Shown in pieces: positions 12,921 to 26,639 of a DNA stretch of 64,000 nucleotides (position 1 is the first letter of the stretch; each line of letters begins with the position of its first letter). The notes under the pieces are model-generated. The model ran no database searches, was not told the DNA's origin, and saw only the letters and a program-made list of their open reading frames with translations. Source of the DNA: the human T2T-CHM13v2.0 reference genome, Homo sapiens. The stretch lies in the NCBI RefSeq assembly GCF_009914755.1, contig NC_060944.1, one strand, 5' to 3'. Both the position numbers and the translations under genes were made by a program.

Positions 12921-13299
12921 GAGAAGTATGTTGTATGTGTTGTTCACCTAGTAGACACTCATTAAATATTGGTTGAGTCAGTGCAAACTTTGTCATATTG
13001 ATCCCACATTCTTGTGCTGTGTCTACTGTTCCTTCATGAGATGGTTCAAGAGGAGCTGATTCCTTCAAGAAATTTCTCTGGAGCATGCAAACATTCCTTT
13101 GCTTTGCCTTCTTCAGATGCGCACTGGCCATGTGCATCCACTATTCATACATATTCCTTTCTCTGATCTTACTACCATTCTTGAGTGGAGGGCTGATTAT
13201 CTTTTGGCCTTGTATCTTTTGAAGCAGTCATCAGAGGGCTTACCAGTTCTCTAATATCTACATTTCCTGCCTCTTACGTAAATCTTGTTTCTATATTTC

Positions 13300-13770
13300 T
13301 TGGTGTCTACAAGATGTCAATGTGGAAATGACACTGTTATTTAGTTTAAGTAATTTTCTATATTGACCTCTTGCGTCACCATATCCCAGAAGATGTCAAT
13401 ACAAATTCAACCTCCTTCCTGGTTTCTAAGAATCCCAGTGTGGCAAAGGTTCTTCTCCCAAATCCTCATTCTTCTAGTCTTGCAGCTTATATGACCTAGA
13501 GCCAATTATATTTCAGTCCTCCCTTCACTTCTCAAGTCCATTCTGTCCCCAAGTCCTGTTGACACTTCTGTACATGGGTGGTTCCTCCTTTCTTTTGACT
13601 CTGTCTGCCGCTAAGTTGGCCAGGACCTCATTATCAGACCAGATTTTGAAAGCATTTCTGATTTTAGCACTTTTTCCCTTACGTGCAGTCTCTATGCTAT
13701 TCCTTAAAATGTTACCTTCAGCAAATCTCTCTCCTGCTTCAGAACTTCAGTTTCTAATGACTTTATAGAA
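13300..13770 (+). mobile_element. Degraded L2 fragment
   Basis: Pyrimidine-rich; CCATTCTGTCCCCAAGTCCTGTTGA. Confidence 0.45.
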
Positions 13771-13777
13771 ACATGGG

Positions 13778-13915
13778 CCCAGTGTTGCCAGATCTTCTAT
13801 TTTTTTTCTTTTTAGGAAAGCCCGAAATATAGATTTTTACATGAAATCTTATGAGTTCTGAATATTGGCAACTTATTCAAAGACGTTTTAAGCCCTATGT
13901 AGACCAAACAAAAAT
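13778..13915. mobile_element. MER103-like hAT-Charlie fragment
   Basis: CAGTGTTGCCAGATCTTC...GATTTTTACATGAAATCT...ATATTGGCAACTTATTCAAA. Confidence 0.65.
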
Positions 13916-13969
13916 ACTATCAAATCTTCAGGCAATATTTGATTTATTTTAGAATTTTAGTATTCAGAT

Positions 13970-14395
13970 CCTGTTGAAATCAGGATCCAAGTACAATTCA
14001 CATATTGCAGTTGGGTGACATGTCTCTTAAGTCCCTTTCAATTTACAGTTTTCTCTTTTTCTTTTTTTCACCTGAAATTTGTTTGATCATTTATTTTGCA
14101 GTTTTCCCTGCAGAGTTTGTCACAGTCTGGATTTTACTAATTTCATCATCATCATGTCTGATGACATGTTCCTCTGTCCCCTGTATTTTCTGTAAGTTAA
14201 TCAATAGGGCTTAATCTAATTCAGGACCACTTCTTTTCTGGAGAGGAAGGACTATGTTAAAGATAGTGTTGGTTTCTCCATGAGGAGGTACATGCTGTCC
14301 AGTTGTATCTATTTTTTCTGGCATAGCAGTCATTGATCATTGACTAGATTCATTCTTTTATTCTTGCAAAATGGTGATATTTAATTCAAATGAAC
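13970..14395 (-). mobile_element. L1MC-type fragment
   Basis: CAGGATCCAAG...CACATATTGCAGTTGG...CACAGTCTGGATTTT...CCTCTGTCCCCTGTATTTTCTGTAA. Confidence 0.6.
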
Positions 14396-14789
14396 CTTTT
14401 AAAAACATGAAGACTAAGCAAAATAATTTATTATGTTTATATTTATTTCTAGAACTAGCCTAAATTACTTACCAATACACTTACCAGGAGCAGATTCATT
14501 TTTTCATTCACATGTGCAAGGAGATACGCTGGTACCCGGGGTGGAAACACCGAAGACACTGTTTCTGCTCTGGAAAGACACCAATTAAAGTGGCAGACAG
14601 AGATTCGTGTGGGAGACAGATGTAAGAACCAACATTATAATCACATTTCTTAGGAATCAAAGAAATATGGAACTAGAGAAGAAGAGATGAATAACTTTGC
14701 CTACGAAGGTCAAGAAGACTTCTCAGAGAAGAGCTTAAACAGTTAAATCAGGAAGAACAAATATAAGTTTACTAAATGAAGAAATATAA

Positions 14790-14970
14790 TAACAATAGCC
14801 ACAGCACTACAAATACTCTAACACTTACCAAATATCATCCTAAGCATTTTACAAGTGTTAACTCATTGAATCCTGACTAAAAGCCCCAAATTCAAGAGAT
14901 GGAAAAACTGAGGCACAGAGTGGTTAAGCTTTACACTCACGGCCACATAGCTAATAGGTGACAAAGCTTC
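14790..14970 (-). mobile_element. MIR SINE
   Basis: AGATGGAAAAACTGAGGCACAGAGTGGTTAAG...GGCCACATAGCTAATA. Confidence 0.75.
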
Positions 14971-16939
14971 AGAGAAATAATTTATAACATAAAATGAGAT
15001 GTTCATGGTTTGCGGATACAATCTTCTCAGAGGCAGCCTTATTGTGTGGGGTCAGTGTTTTATAAGCTTCCCAGTCAAGACTGGGTTCCTCATGACCTAG
15101 GAGTCAATTCCAATTTGTCCTTGATAACCACAAGCCATATGAAACAGCATCAATAATAACCATGAAATAAAAAGTGAGATGGGCAAGAGAATCTTGTCTA
15201 TTATCAATGAATTATACATTGCTGCAAAAAAAATCATGCATTAAAAAAAGATTTGGACTTTTATGTATGGCAGTAGTTCATTAATCGCATGAATTATAAT
15301 TCACTGATTTCCCAAGTGATATAATAACTTGATTGGTGAGACTAAAGGTGAGCTTTTTTTTTAACCTTTCACCTATTAATAACATAAGTTTTTTTCCATA
15401 GTTATGGGAGAAATTAATGTGTACTCTTGTTTATTATTTAAATTCTGAGAATGGGGATTTTGGGGTTTTATATCCCACAAATATAACGAAGAAGGAGTTT
15501 GAAGAGAGTGTTCAAAAAGTTAGTGACAACCAAGTCATGAAATAATGGAAATGAGAGGTCATTTGGTTCTGCCCTCGGCCTCTAGGACGTTCCTTTTGCC
15601 TAAGATCACTCAGACTGTAGAGCTGCACTCATTAATCGGAAAATACATATTATATTCCTGTTGCCATGAACCCTGGGAAAAGAGTGTGTTCACCTAAATT
15701 TGCACTTAACCAAGTCAAAAATGTTAGAGAAATATGTGACAACATTTGATGAACTTCAGGGAGGGAGCAATGAGCTCCTTTTTCCCTGCGGATATTCTTC
15801 TCATTTTTCAATTTAGGTATTAAAGTTATCTGTGCACTTAAAAAAATCAGAGTTAGAAGTCTTAAAGGCAAAAGGAGCTATTTTTTCCTTAGATAGTTGG
15901 ACCTGTTAAGGATTTCTGCAAAATGTAAAAAGACCTACATTGAAATTATCCAAAGCACCCATCTATCTTATTATAAGCTTTGATCATATAAAGTTGCGCT
16001 GATGTTAAGAAAAAAAGTATCATTCCATTGTTCAGATTTTTTTCTTGAGTTTTGTTCGTTGATTATAATTATGATGTGTGAAGTAATGAGCCCATACATG
16101 ATCGGTAAGACAGAAAGATGATTTATTGTTTGGGGAAGATTTATGCAGGAAAAATATGCAGACAACAGAGAACTAAGTCTCAGGATGTAATTGATTAAAC
16201 AAGACAGGGATCTAGGTCTTTTGCCTTGACACGGTGTAGTTGCCTCCTGAATCACACGGGTTGATTTAGGTATTTTGAAGCTAACAGGTAGATGTAAAAG
16301 TTGGATGTTTGCTCCACTTATGTATGTGCCAAGGACAATTTTAGATTTTGTGAATTAGAAAAGGGCTGAGTAGAGGTTGGAGGAGCCAAGGGGATTGGGA
16401 AGTATATCAGGGAGAGGCTAATGTGCTTCAGTTTTATTGATAAATATTACTTTTGCCATGATTATTGCACTGTATTGGGATGTATCATTGACTAAATGTC
16501 TGTATGGACAATGGGATGCAACCCAGGTGATGTTTATCTCTTCTTTTCCCATGATTAGATTTGACTGCCTTTTAGTTTACAGGTGAATGCTCACATTCTA
16601 ATCAGAGAAGATGATTGGGATATAAAGCATTCTCAGAAACCAGGAAGTATGCATTTCTGAATTCCTGTTTCTCCCTTTGCACATCACTAAAGTATTTTTT
16701 CCTTTCCATCTATTGCACCTGTATGAATTTGAAAAGAATCTAAAAAGACGCTTATTCATGTTATTTGAAAACAAGGTAAAACAAAGACATTTAGTTTTAT
16801 AATTAGGTAGGCTCACCCTTTGTTGATGATTTGTGGCATTTGCTGACATTCCTAACTCTATTTCTGGTATTCTATCCTTACTGGCCAGCATCTCATAAGA
16901 AATCCATCATGAAGTCTCATAAACCTTCATGCTAAAGTG

Positions 16940-17565
16940 TGCCACAAAATATCCTCTTCTCTCTATGCCCACTGCCCTGGTCAGCACTTAACCTTCCAAC
17001 TGAGTTCGGCTTCTCCTCTCCTGCCCCATAATCTACATACTACCTAGCAACTAGAGCTATCGTGCATTATCAAGTGTTACCCAGGTCAAATGTAAACTAG
17101 ATTAATCCCCTGCTCAGGATGCTCCCATTGCTTCACATTTCAATTAGAATAACATCCAAGCACCTTTCTGTGCCTGCAAGATCCCATAAGCTCTAGTCTC
17201 TTTCTACTTTTCGGAACTCTTGCCCTCTGTCTTCTAGTCATGCTGGTTTATTTGTGTCCCTCGGACACCACGCTTTCTTGCCTTGGGGATTTTGCAATTG
17301 CTAGACACTTGGCTTAAAAACAGTTCTCCCGTGGCTGCCTTCATTTCTCCACTCTTGTTTCAGGCTTCCCCAGAGAAGCCTTTCCTGACCGATCAATCTA
17401 AAGTCTTCCCCTTCTTTGGTTACTGTCATCTCATTAATCTTACATTATGACATGTTCTTATCCTTTGAAAGGCGGGGTCTCTAGTTGTCTTGTACACTGC
17501 TCCAACCCCAGAGGTAGGAATGATATCTATTACATGGTAGGGACTCTAATATGTGTTACAAGAAA
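16940..17565 (+). mobile_element. L2 LINE 3' end
   Basis: CCCCTGCTCAGGATGCTCCCATTGCTTC...CAGAGAAGCCTTTCCTGACC...ACATGGTAGGGACTCTAAT. Confidence 0.75.
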
Positions 17566-17721
17566 TAAAACCCAAATCTAAGTAATTGTGCAAATTACCA
17601 TCCTTGGTCTATTCTGATGCTATATATCAGTGTAGTGAAAGAAATACAGGAACATTCAAACCTGAATTTGATCCTAAACTCTTGTCACTTGGTTGCCACA
17701 TACTACCTTGTTTAAACTCTC

Positions 17722-18222
17722 TGTAATAGATTAAAAACGGCCAAAGATTCTTTGCTACACCCTTCAATCATAGGTAGAGGCTAAGTGCCTATCAAGATTA
17801 GCCTTAGGCTTGATTATGTGACTTACTTTGACCAGTGGAACATTACTCTCTGTTGGAATAAACTATGCAAGCTGAGGCTTGACAATCACTAGCCCATTGG
17901 TGCTTGCCCTGTTGGAACCTGCCTGTTGGAACTCTGCATAAAGATTCCGTTGCTGCAAGGAAGATGGTTTGGCTCATGTGAGAGATGGCTTGCAGTAGAA
18001 TCAAGGTGATCTAACTAATAGGCAGCAGCAACTTCCGGGATTATGAGTGAGGCCACTTTGAACATTACAGCACACACCTGCTCATCTAGTTGAATGCAGT
18101 TGTATGAATGAGCCCAAATAAAACCACCAGAGAAACTATGCAGCCAACTCACTGAATTGTGAAAATGTTACACTATTATTGTTTTAAGCCACTACATATT
18201 ATGGGTGGTTCATTATTCAGGA
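17722..18222 (+). mobile_element. MLT1 (F/G/H-like) LTR
   Basis: TGTAATAGATTAAAAACGGCC...ATGTGACTTACTTTGACCAGTGGAA...TTGTTTTAAGCCACTAC. Confidence 0.75.
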
Positions 18223-18539
18223 GTATTGGAAGACCCAATGAGACAATAAAAGTAGTCTCCAGTGCATTTTCAATTCATAATAGAAACTCAGTTCTTCTCA
18301 GTTCCCTGTCATTATTCTGGCTCTGAACTTGGCTGGTGAAATTTCCTTAGTCAAAAATCTGCTCTGATGTGACCACGTAGACAAATGATGTTTGCAAAAC
18401 ATGTCAGGAGATGGATTCAATCATGCACAGAAGAGGTGGGACTTTAGCTCAATTAAACTCATTCTATGGCCATTTCTCAGGATGATTAAGGTAGGAAATT
18501 GAAGTATGGAAGCAGGTTAAAAATACATGGAATATAAAA

Positions 18540-18740
18540 TAATGGCTGTCATTTAAAGTACTTACTATGTGTCTGGAACCATACTAAAGCACTTTATATA
18601 CATTGTCTTCTTTATTTTTGACATCAACTGTATTTTACAGAGGAGAAAACTGAAGTTTATATAAGTTAAATAATTTGCTCATGATCTCATTAGTGAATGG
18701 CAAAGCTGGGTGTTGGACCCTGGTCTAGCCTACTCTGGAT
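18540..18740 (-). mobile_element. MIR SINE
   Basis: ACTTACTATGTG...ATTTTACAGAGGAGAAAACTGAAG. Confidence 0.7.
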
Positions 18741-18999
18741 CTACTATGAAGCCCAGCCTTCAAAAAGAGGTTAAAATCGCAGTGTGGGAATGGGGCCAAC
18801 CTCTGGTACAGAGGTTGATCTATTGGGAAGACAAATAATTAATGCAGATAGTTTATGCCTCAGAGCCAATAAACATTGCATCAATTCTAAGTGTTATGGA
18901 AGTTCAAAGAAGGACTGTTAAGGCCAGATTGTCGGCAGAAATTAGGGCTCTCTAGAGGAAGGAGGATTGGAGAGGGGGCTCAATGACCTACCACCTGTA

Positions 19000-19200
19000 C
19001 CGGCTAGCAGACACTGTGAGTTTAGGCCTTGGGCTTAGAGTATTATGTGCATTCTTTGTTTCATCCTCTCAATGAGATGGGGATGATTGTGATCCCATTA
19101 TCAGATGAGGATATCAAGGCTTACAAAGGTTAAGTTACTTGCTCAAGATTACACAACCAATTTTTTACAGACCAACTGGTGGTTGGAACCCAGGACTGTG
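19000..19200 (-). mobile_element. MIR SINE
   Basis: CCCATTATCAGATGAGGATATCAAGGCTTACAAAGGTTAAGTTACTTGCTCAAG. Confidence 0.7.
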
Positions 19201-19473
19201 GTGTGGGATTGCCCCTGGAGAGTGCTGCATCCAGAAGATGAGTGATATTTAGGGAAATGAGAACAGCACTGGGCAGAGGAATGAGCAGTGTGTGTGTACC
19301 TGAATGTGTGTACTGATTGTGTATAGATCATTATATACATGTTTATGAGTATGTGTCTAGGATTAGAAATCAGCCAAGGACTCCAGATAATGATAGTTTA
19401 GGCCAAAGTTGGGGGAGGGCATACCAAAACATAAGTGATTCCTATGATGGGGCAGCTTTGAATGTATAAAGAG

Positions 19474-20430
19474 TGTTGCAGCGGGCATTTGTTATTGTTG
19501 CTTATCCAATATCTTTTTCCTATTGTTTTGGGAACAGCACTCTGTTTGACCTCTTGGGAACCACATATCTTACATTCTTAGAGCTAGTGACCTGACCAAT
19601 CAGAGCTCTGAACACTCTAGGACAGGGTTCCCCAGCCCTCGGGCCACAGACCGGTACTGGTCCATGGCCTGTTAGGAACAGAGTCTCACAGCAGGAGGTG
19701 AGCAGCGGGTGAGTGAGTGAAGCTTCATCTGTATTTACAGCTGCTCCCCACTGCTCGCGTTACCACTTAAGCTCTGCCTCTTGTCAGATCAGCAGCAGCA
19801 TTAGATTCTCATAGGAGTGCGAACCCTGTTGTGAACCATGCATGCAAGGGAACTAGGTTGCATGCTCCTTATAAGAATCTAATGCCTGATGTCATCTGTC
19901 ACTGTCTCCCATCACCCCCAGACAGGACCATCTAGTTTTAGGGAAACAAGCTCAGGGGTCCCACTGATTCTACATTTTGGTGAGTTTTATAATTATTTCA
20001 TTAAATATTACAACGTAATAATAGAAATAAAGTGCACAATAAATGTAATGCACTTGAATCATCCCAAAACCAACCCCCGACCTTCAGTCCGCGGAAAAAA
20101 CTGTCTTCCACAAAAACCAGTCTTTGGTGCCAAAAAGATTGGGGACTGCTGCTCTAGGACATATTTTTAGTTCACAAACAGGCTTATAAAGCAATCAGAC
20201 CAAGGAGGAAGGGCTCCTTTCTGTTGGAATGAAACAGGATGGGATGTAGGCCTGGAGGGGCTGACAGCCATGCTGATATCATATGAACCTGGGAGGGGAG
20301 CCAACTTGGAGAGGAGCTGTGCTGAGGGATGGCACGAATCATATTCTGGGGATTCAGTGACATCAGTCAACAAGGCCCCATTAATAATTAAGCCAGTTTA
20401 AGTTAAAGATTTCTGTTATTGGCTACAGGG
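19474..20430 (+). mobile_element. Old MLT1-like LTR interrupted by MER1A
   Basis: GACCAATCAGAG before the insertion; TTAAGCCAGTTTAAGTT...TTTCTGTTATTGGCTAC after it. Confidence 0.5.
19623..20151 (+). mobile_element. MER1A hAT-Charlie element, full length
   Basis: Termini CAGGGTTCCCCA...TTGGGGACTGCTG; perfect 8-bp TSD CTCTAGGA (19615-19622 and 20152-20159). Confidence 0.92.
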
Positions 20431-21037
20431 CGCAGAGGAACGAAACACTTGATATAAGATTTAAACAAATTGAAAATGTTTAAATTAATTATTTTCTTTT
20501 TACAGATGCACTGAAACTTTTATTCACAAACTTAACTCAAAGTATCCTAATTTAAGACATAGTCAGGGAGCAAAGAGAGTGCAGAGTTAAAAATTACTGT
20601 CTTTAAAGTCAGTAGACCTGAGTTCTAGTCTTACCTCTACTGCTTTATTTTAAGAATGTAGTCATTAATTCAGTTAAATAGCCAATATTTTTTGAATGCC
20701 TGTCCATATGTTACAAACTCATTTCACCTGAGCATGATATGAAAAAAAACTAAAATTTTTAGCCATGTAATATGTAATTTGGGGTAAGTTTTTTTTTCAT
20801 TTCTGTAAACTAGTTTCTTCATTTGTAAAATGGTAACAGTAATTGTAATCACCTTATCACACATGAATGATACTTTGAGTCGTATTTTGCCTTTTGAACA
20901 TATACAGTTATTTGAAGAAAGGTCTTTACCTTGAAAGACATGACTAGAAAACAAAGATACATATGTCCTTGGGTGTAAACACTCCTGTCTGCAAGGGTCT
21001 AGCTCTGATGAACTCTGAAGGTCATTTCCAAGAGAGC

Positions 21038-21528
21038 AGTATTAGTTAGGATGCAGAAAAGGCTGCTGCTATATGAAAATACAATGGTTTAAATGAGCAG
21101 TAAATGGCGTTTCTCTGATGGAACAGTGCAGAACATCATCCAAGGTCGGTAAGGTGACTTAAAACTACCAGGGACATTGAGCTTTCTGTCTTACTACTTT
21201 GCTGCCTCTAGGGTGCAGCTCTTGTCCACATGGTATAGATCTCATCCTCCTGGACAAAGATGCCTGCGCTCCCACCCTCAGGAAGACGGGAGGGGAGAAA
21301 GCGGAGGGAACCCCTCCTTTCCTGTTAAGGACACGACATGGAATCTGGAAACTTCCACTTCCTCTCACACCTCATTCGCCAGAACTTAGTTATATGGTTA
21401 TATCGAGGTGCAGGGGAGCCTGGGGAATATAGCCTTTAGCTGGGCTCCTTTGTGCCAAACAAAAACTACTGTTACTGTTGGACAAGGGGAGAATAAGTAT
21501 TGGGGGCACCTGGCATACTCTGCCACAT
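21038..21528 (-). mobile_element. Old MLT1-like LTR
   Basis: GTATTAGTTAGGATGC...CACACCTCATTCGCCAGAACTTAGT...ACTCTGCCACA. Confidence 0.7.
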
Positions 21529-21728
21529 CTATTATTCCATATCAGAAGGAAGGAACCGCACATTCATTAGCTCCAAATCTGTTCTTGCTTCTGGGTTTCA
21601 GCCATTCCTTGGGCAGCCAAGTGGGCCTACTTCCATCTGGCCTGTGCCGTAAATCCTCTTCCCTTTGCAAAGAGCATTTCTTGCATGTAAAGCGCAGAAA
21701 TCCAGGGCCATCAGCCTCTCCTGGAGTT

Positions 21729-21768
21729 GTGTGTGTGTGAGTGTGTGTGCGTGCACGTGTGTGTGTGT
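21729..21768. repeat. Imperfect (TG)n
   Basis: Read directly. Confidence 0.9.
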
Positions 21769-23374
21769 CCAAAGTCATTCTTTGGCGGAAGGCTACCTCT
21801 ATGTGAATAACGGGCCCACTTGTATTTTATATTAGCTTCTGCTTTATTTCATAATTTTTTAAGGGAACACTTTTTCCTCTCATGCAGGAAAATCTAATTA
21901 TGCAGTGACAGCAGTTGGCTGACTCGGGCACAACACAACATGTCAATTTTCAGTTGCTTACACGGTCTCACAGAAACTGTTAGAAATTGTTTTGAAATCT
22001 GGCATACATTTCAGTCATGTTAATTCCTACAACTGTGCCAAACTAGATGAAATTTGGCTCCTCCACACTCTGGGGAAGGTGGGGGATTGAGAAAGGCGAA
22101 GTTGTTGTGTTTTGTTTTTTTTTTTCCCGGCAGTGACATCATCTCTTCATCCTCCCCTTATGATGAACGGTGTCCTCAAACAAGCCAAAAAGTAATATAA
22201 CTTTATATTTACAAGACCGAGTGACAAAATGATGGCCAGAGACTGGAGCTGTGCTATAAAACGATTGAAGAAATACAGATGGCATGATGGTTTTTTTTTC
22301 TTCCAACAGATTTGTGCCAGATGTGTGAATATTGATAATTTCTCTGGAGCTCAACTCAAGGCACAATATAGATTTCTGTTTGATGGAGGGACAGGAGAGT
22401 GAGAATTCATCCCAGCGATGGTATTTACAGGAAATGTTTTGCCTCTTCTTCCAAATCTGTCAAAGCAGAACCAGAAATCCCAAATTTCCAAATGAGCCTC
22501 TGAGTCACCCTTTGTTCTGGACCCAATTTTTATCTCCTCAGTAATTGACAGACTGGAAAATTCATTTGTGAAAACATGTGGTAGGTTTCTAAAAGTGGAG
22601 CCTCTCAACTGGCTGAACTGATCCCTGTGCATCAATTCAGGGCATGAGTAGTAGCAAAATCTTAGAAAAGCATCTTAGAAAGGTATCCACTTTATCATCA
22701 GTCTTCTCCATAGAATCTTAATAATAAAAATATTTTAATAGAATGATATTTTTCAACACTTGTGATGGAAAAACTTGAAAAAATGTACTTATTTCCAAAG
22801 CTCTTCTAGGTTTCCTTTTTATTCTTTCTAGTATTCTAATACCCCTGAACCCATTTTAAAATAAGATTCTGGGAGCCAGAAAATTTCAATAAAGTTCAGT
22901 TTTTTAATCCAACTTTGATTTTGCTTAATATCAGACAGAATTATTGAAAAGATTTTTTTAAAAAAACAGAAATATTTATTATTCTTAGAAAGATTCAGCT
23001 TTGATCAAATAATTAAGCAAGTCAATTTCAAAATCAGTATAAAAATGTTTTCATATCTGTACCTTGCTATCTTCTGTGAAGCATTTCAAATGACTTTAGA
23101 GGAAGACATCTATAATGGAAAACATAAGTAGAGAAATAAGGAAGAGAGGCAAAAAGACAGAGAAAATAAAGAATTAGAAAACGACCAATGAAAATTGCCC
23201 AGGACATTGGGAATACCTTTTGGCTATAGTTGAAACTTGAATTTGCCTTCGAGCTTCTTGGTGGCCATAGCAAAAATGGAGACATGATCACTTACATCAT
23301 TTTCTTTATCAGAAAGCAAGGACTACATCAGTTCCTTAGGGGAAGAAAGTTTACTCCTAACATTGAGGTATTAA

Positions 23375-23586
23375 TGGTGGTTCTCAACTGCGGGCAGTAT
23401 TACCCCCTCCCCTGGAATATTTCGCAATGCCTTGAGGCATTTTTAGTGGTCAAAACCCTGAGAGGGGAGGTGCTGCTCGCATCTAATGAGTAGGGGCCTG
23501 GGATGCTGCTACACATCCTACAAGCATCTTCACAACAAAGAATTATCTGGCCCCAAATGTCAACAATCCAAGGCTGAGAAATCCTG
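23375..23586 (+). mobile_element. MER20 hAT-Charlie element
   Basis: GTGGTTCTCAAC...GGGATGCTGCTACACATCCTACAA...CACAACAAAGAATTATCTGGCCCCAAATGTCAA...GAGAAATCCTG. Confidence 0.88.
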
Positions 23587-23644
23587 GGTTATAAAATAAA
23601 TTTTTCATGTGGATATTCATAATGTCCTCGGTGATATTCCCACA

Positions 23645-23872
23645 GCACATGGCTTCGGAACAAGGCAGATCCAAGTTTAAATTCATGCTCCACCACTTAG
23701 CGGCTGTGTAACTTTTGGCAACTTGGTTAACTGTTCTAAGTCTCAGTTTCCTGGAGATAATTATGTAAATCCTATAGGGTTGTTATAAAGATTAGCAGGA
23801 ATCACGTTTATAGAACATCTAGCACAGTACTTGGCACATAGGGAAAGCTCAGTGAATGTTAGCCATTAAAAT
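23645..23872 (+). mobile_element. MIR SINE
   Basis: CTCCACCACTTAGCGGCTGTGTAACTTTGGCAA...TAGCACAGTACTTGGCACATAG. Confidence 0.8.
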
Positions 23873-23997
23873 AATTTCATAGGCAGAGAGAACACTAGAG
23901 TGTTATTCCCTGAAGATGGTTGTGGTCTGAGAGGGGCTGAAGGGTGAAGTTCTATTGTGAACTGTTTCATCTATTGATAGCCTTAAGAAAGCCTAGC

Positions 23998-24440
<443 letters not shown>

Positions 24441-24707
24441 TTAGAAATAAGATAAGCAGGTGGTAGAAAGACATATTAAATACCTACTTATGCTGGTCAC
24501 CAAGATGTCCAGACACTCTTTGATAGACTCCTCATGTAATACAAACAACACAGAGCCAAGTCGCATCTCACCTTCTAGAAACATTCAAGGGTCACCGCTT
24601 CAAAATTTAGTTGATCTCTTCTGAAAAACAAACAGAAAACAAATAAACCTGAAATTCTAGAATCTAAAAAACAAGTTCTGCTACCATTTTAACTTGTAAT
24701 GGGTCAA

Positions 24708-25135
24708 TGTATTTGTTGGGTTATGGCTAGCTTCTGAAACCAGTTTCAAATTTCCAAGGCTTAACACAGTAGAAGCGCATTTTCAAGCATGCAACCGATC
24801 AATGTTGGTGTTCATGGTTCGCATGTGGCTCGCTTGACTTCAGGAGGTGTTTCAAAATTCCAAGTTACTTCTAGTTTATGGCTCCATCATTCACTTCCCC
24901 AGAGTTCTCCATTTCTAGCAAGAAAATGAGAAAAAGAGACAGCAGAGCAGACATATGGGTTCCATAAAACCTCTCCTTGCATGTGACTTAGGTCATATCT
25001 GCTCAAGTTTTATTGGCCAGAGCTCATCACTGGGATGTTCCTGCATGGAAGGCCAGGAAACGGAGCCCTGCTGGCCAGATGCCACTGCGTAGACTGGGAA
25101 GGAAAATGTTAGTGGATAGTACACCTTCTGCCGTT
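24708..25135 (-). mobile_element. Old MLT1-like LTR
   Basis: TGTATTTGTTGGGTTATGGCTAG...GGCTTAACACAGTAGAAG...TTTATTGGCCAGAGCT. Confidence 0.55.
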
Positions 25136-26639
25136 ACTGCCAAATACACACTGGTGTGGTTTGGTTAATCAACTTCTGTTCAGCAAAGCATTTCCATTTT
25201 GAAAGCAAGGACAAAATACCCATGTCTAGAAACCACCCATAAGATTTAGTTCAGTTCTTTTCTTTTCAGCAGTAGAAAAAAATGTAAGAAGTGGACATGT
25301 GACAAGTTTGATAGACTGGTGAAAATCTAAAAAGGCCATTATTCAAATATTTATGGATCCTTTTAGCTAATGGATTCAAATTTATAATGCTGCACTTGTC
25401 AACAAGATAATTTTGCAAAAACATTAAAGGCTGAGCAGTTCGGTCCCTTCTAACCCTGAGGCCTCTTCGCCACAGCAAATGAGCAGCTGTTCTCAATGAA
25501 AATAGAGCTCCCGTGCTCACTGTGTTCTGAGACCCAATGCACGTTGTGTGCCAGTTTCTAAGCTGTGCTTTGGAGAGGAATTTGGCATGTTATGAGATGT
25601 CCAGGACTAGGCTAAGGCATCCATTTTATCAAAAGAAGAAAAAAGGCCACATGGTGTTGCCACAAATATCTTGGACAATAAGGTAGATTATTGTAGTCGG
25701 AATTGAATAGTAAACCACTATTCATGATATAAGACACTGACTCTTATCCCCCAGGGCATCCAGGGTGATATTAAAAAGGATCTGACATGATTTTTGGTAT
25801 CTTTGTATTAAAAAAGAGGAAGAATGCTATGTTATAGGTAGTAATGGTTATGGAGCAACAAATAATAGGGTTAAACAGTATTTGTGGAAAAATAGCCCTT
25901 GTAGAGAGGTTCTGTAAGTAAGCACATATGTTTGGAAATAGTTTATATTTGGACTAAATAAACTGTATTGAATGAATAGATTTTAATGCCGTTATCTCAG
26001 TGAGCATAATATTGTCAAATACAAAGCTAAAAAAGGGAGGAGACTTTTTAGTTGTACTCTGATCATCACCAGAGAGAATAAGAAATTATGGTGAAGTTTT
26101 GGAAAGAGTTTGTTAAAAGAACACACAATAAAATTTCATGTTTATTGCACACAATAGAAGTGTTTGTATGTTCAGGGCCCTTGAGTCTTTAGAAATATTC
26201 TGAAGCTCAAACTACAGAGCTTCCCAGATACAGTTCTCCATATTGGTTTTCATTTTAGGAACAATCAGTATAAATAACCCAAGTTCTGGGAGATCCGTAT
26301 TGACTGGCTGGTTCTGCCTGCCAGCACTATGAGCAAAACCTGTGCTGAGAGATGCCATCTCCTGGTGCTTTCCGTAAGCAGACCTGGGTTGCTAGAGAAT
26401 GCAGTTGTAATGAAAAGTTCTCCATTCCCCTTATTACTTAAGAGAGTGTGATACCAAAATGTACCTAGGAAGAGTGCTCACTTTGGAGTCAAACTACCTG
26501 AATGCATCCTTCTGTCTCTGTCTGACCGTATGGCCATGAACAAACTATTTCATCTCTTCCCACCCTCAGTTCTTAAAAAAAAATACTGAGATATCTCCTT
26601 CTTTTCTGAAGAATACAAAAGACAAAATGAGTTCTTATT

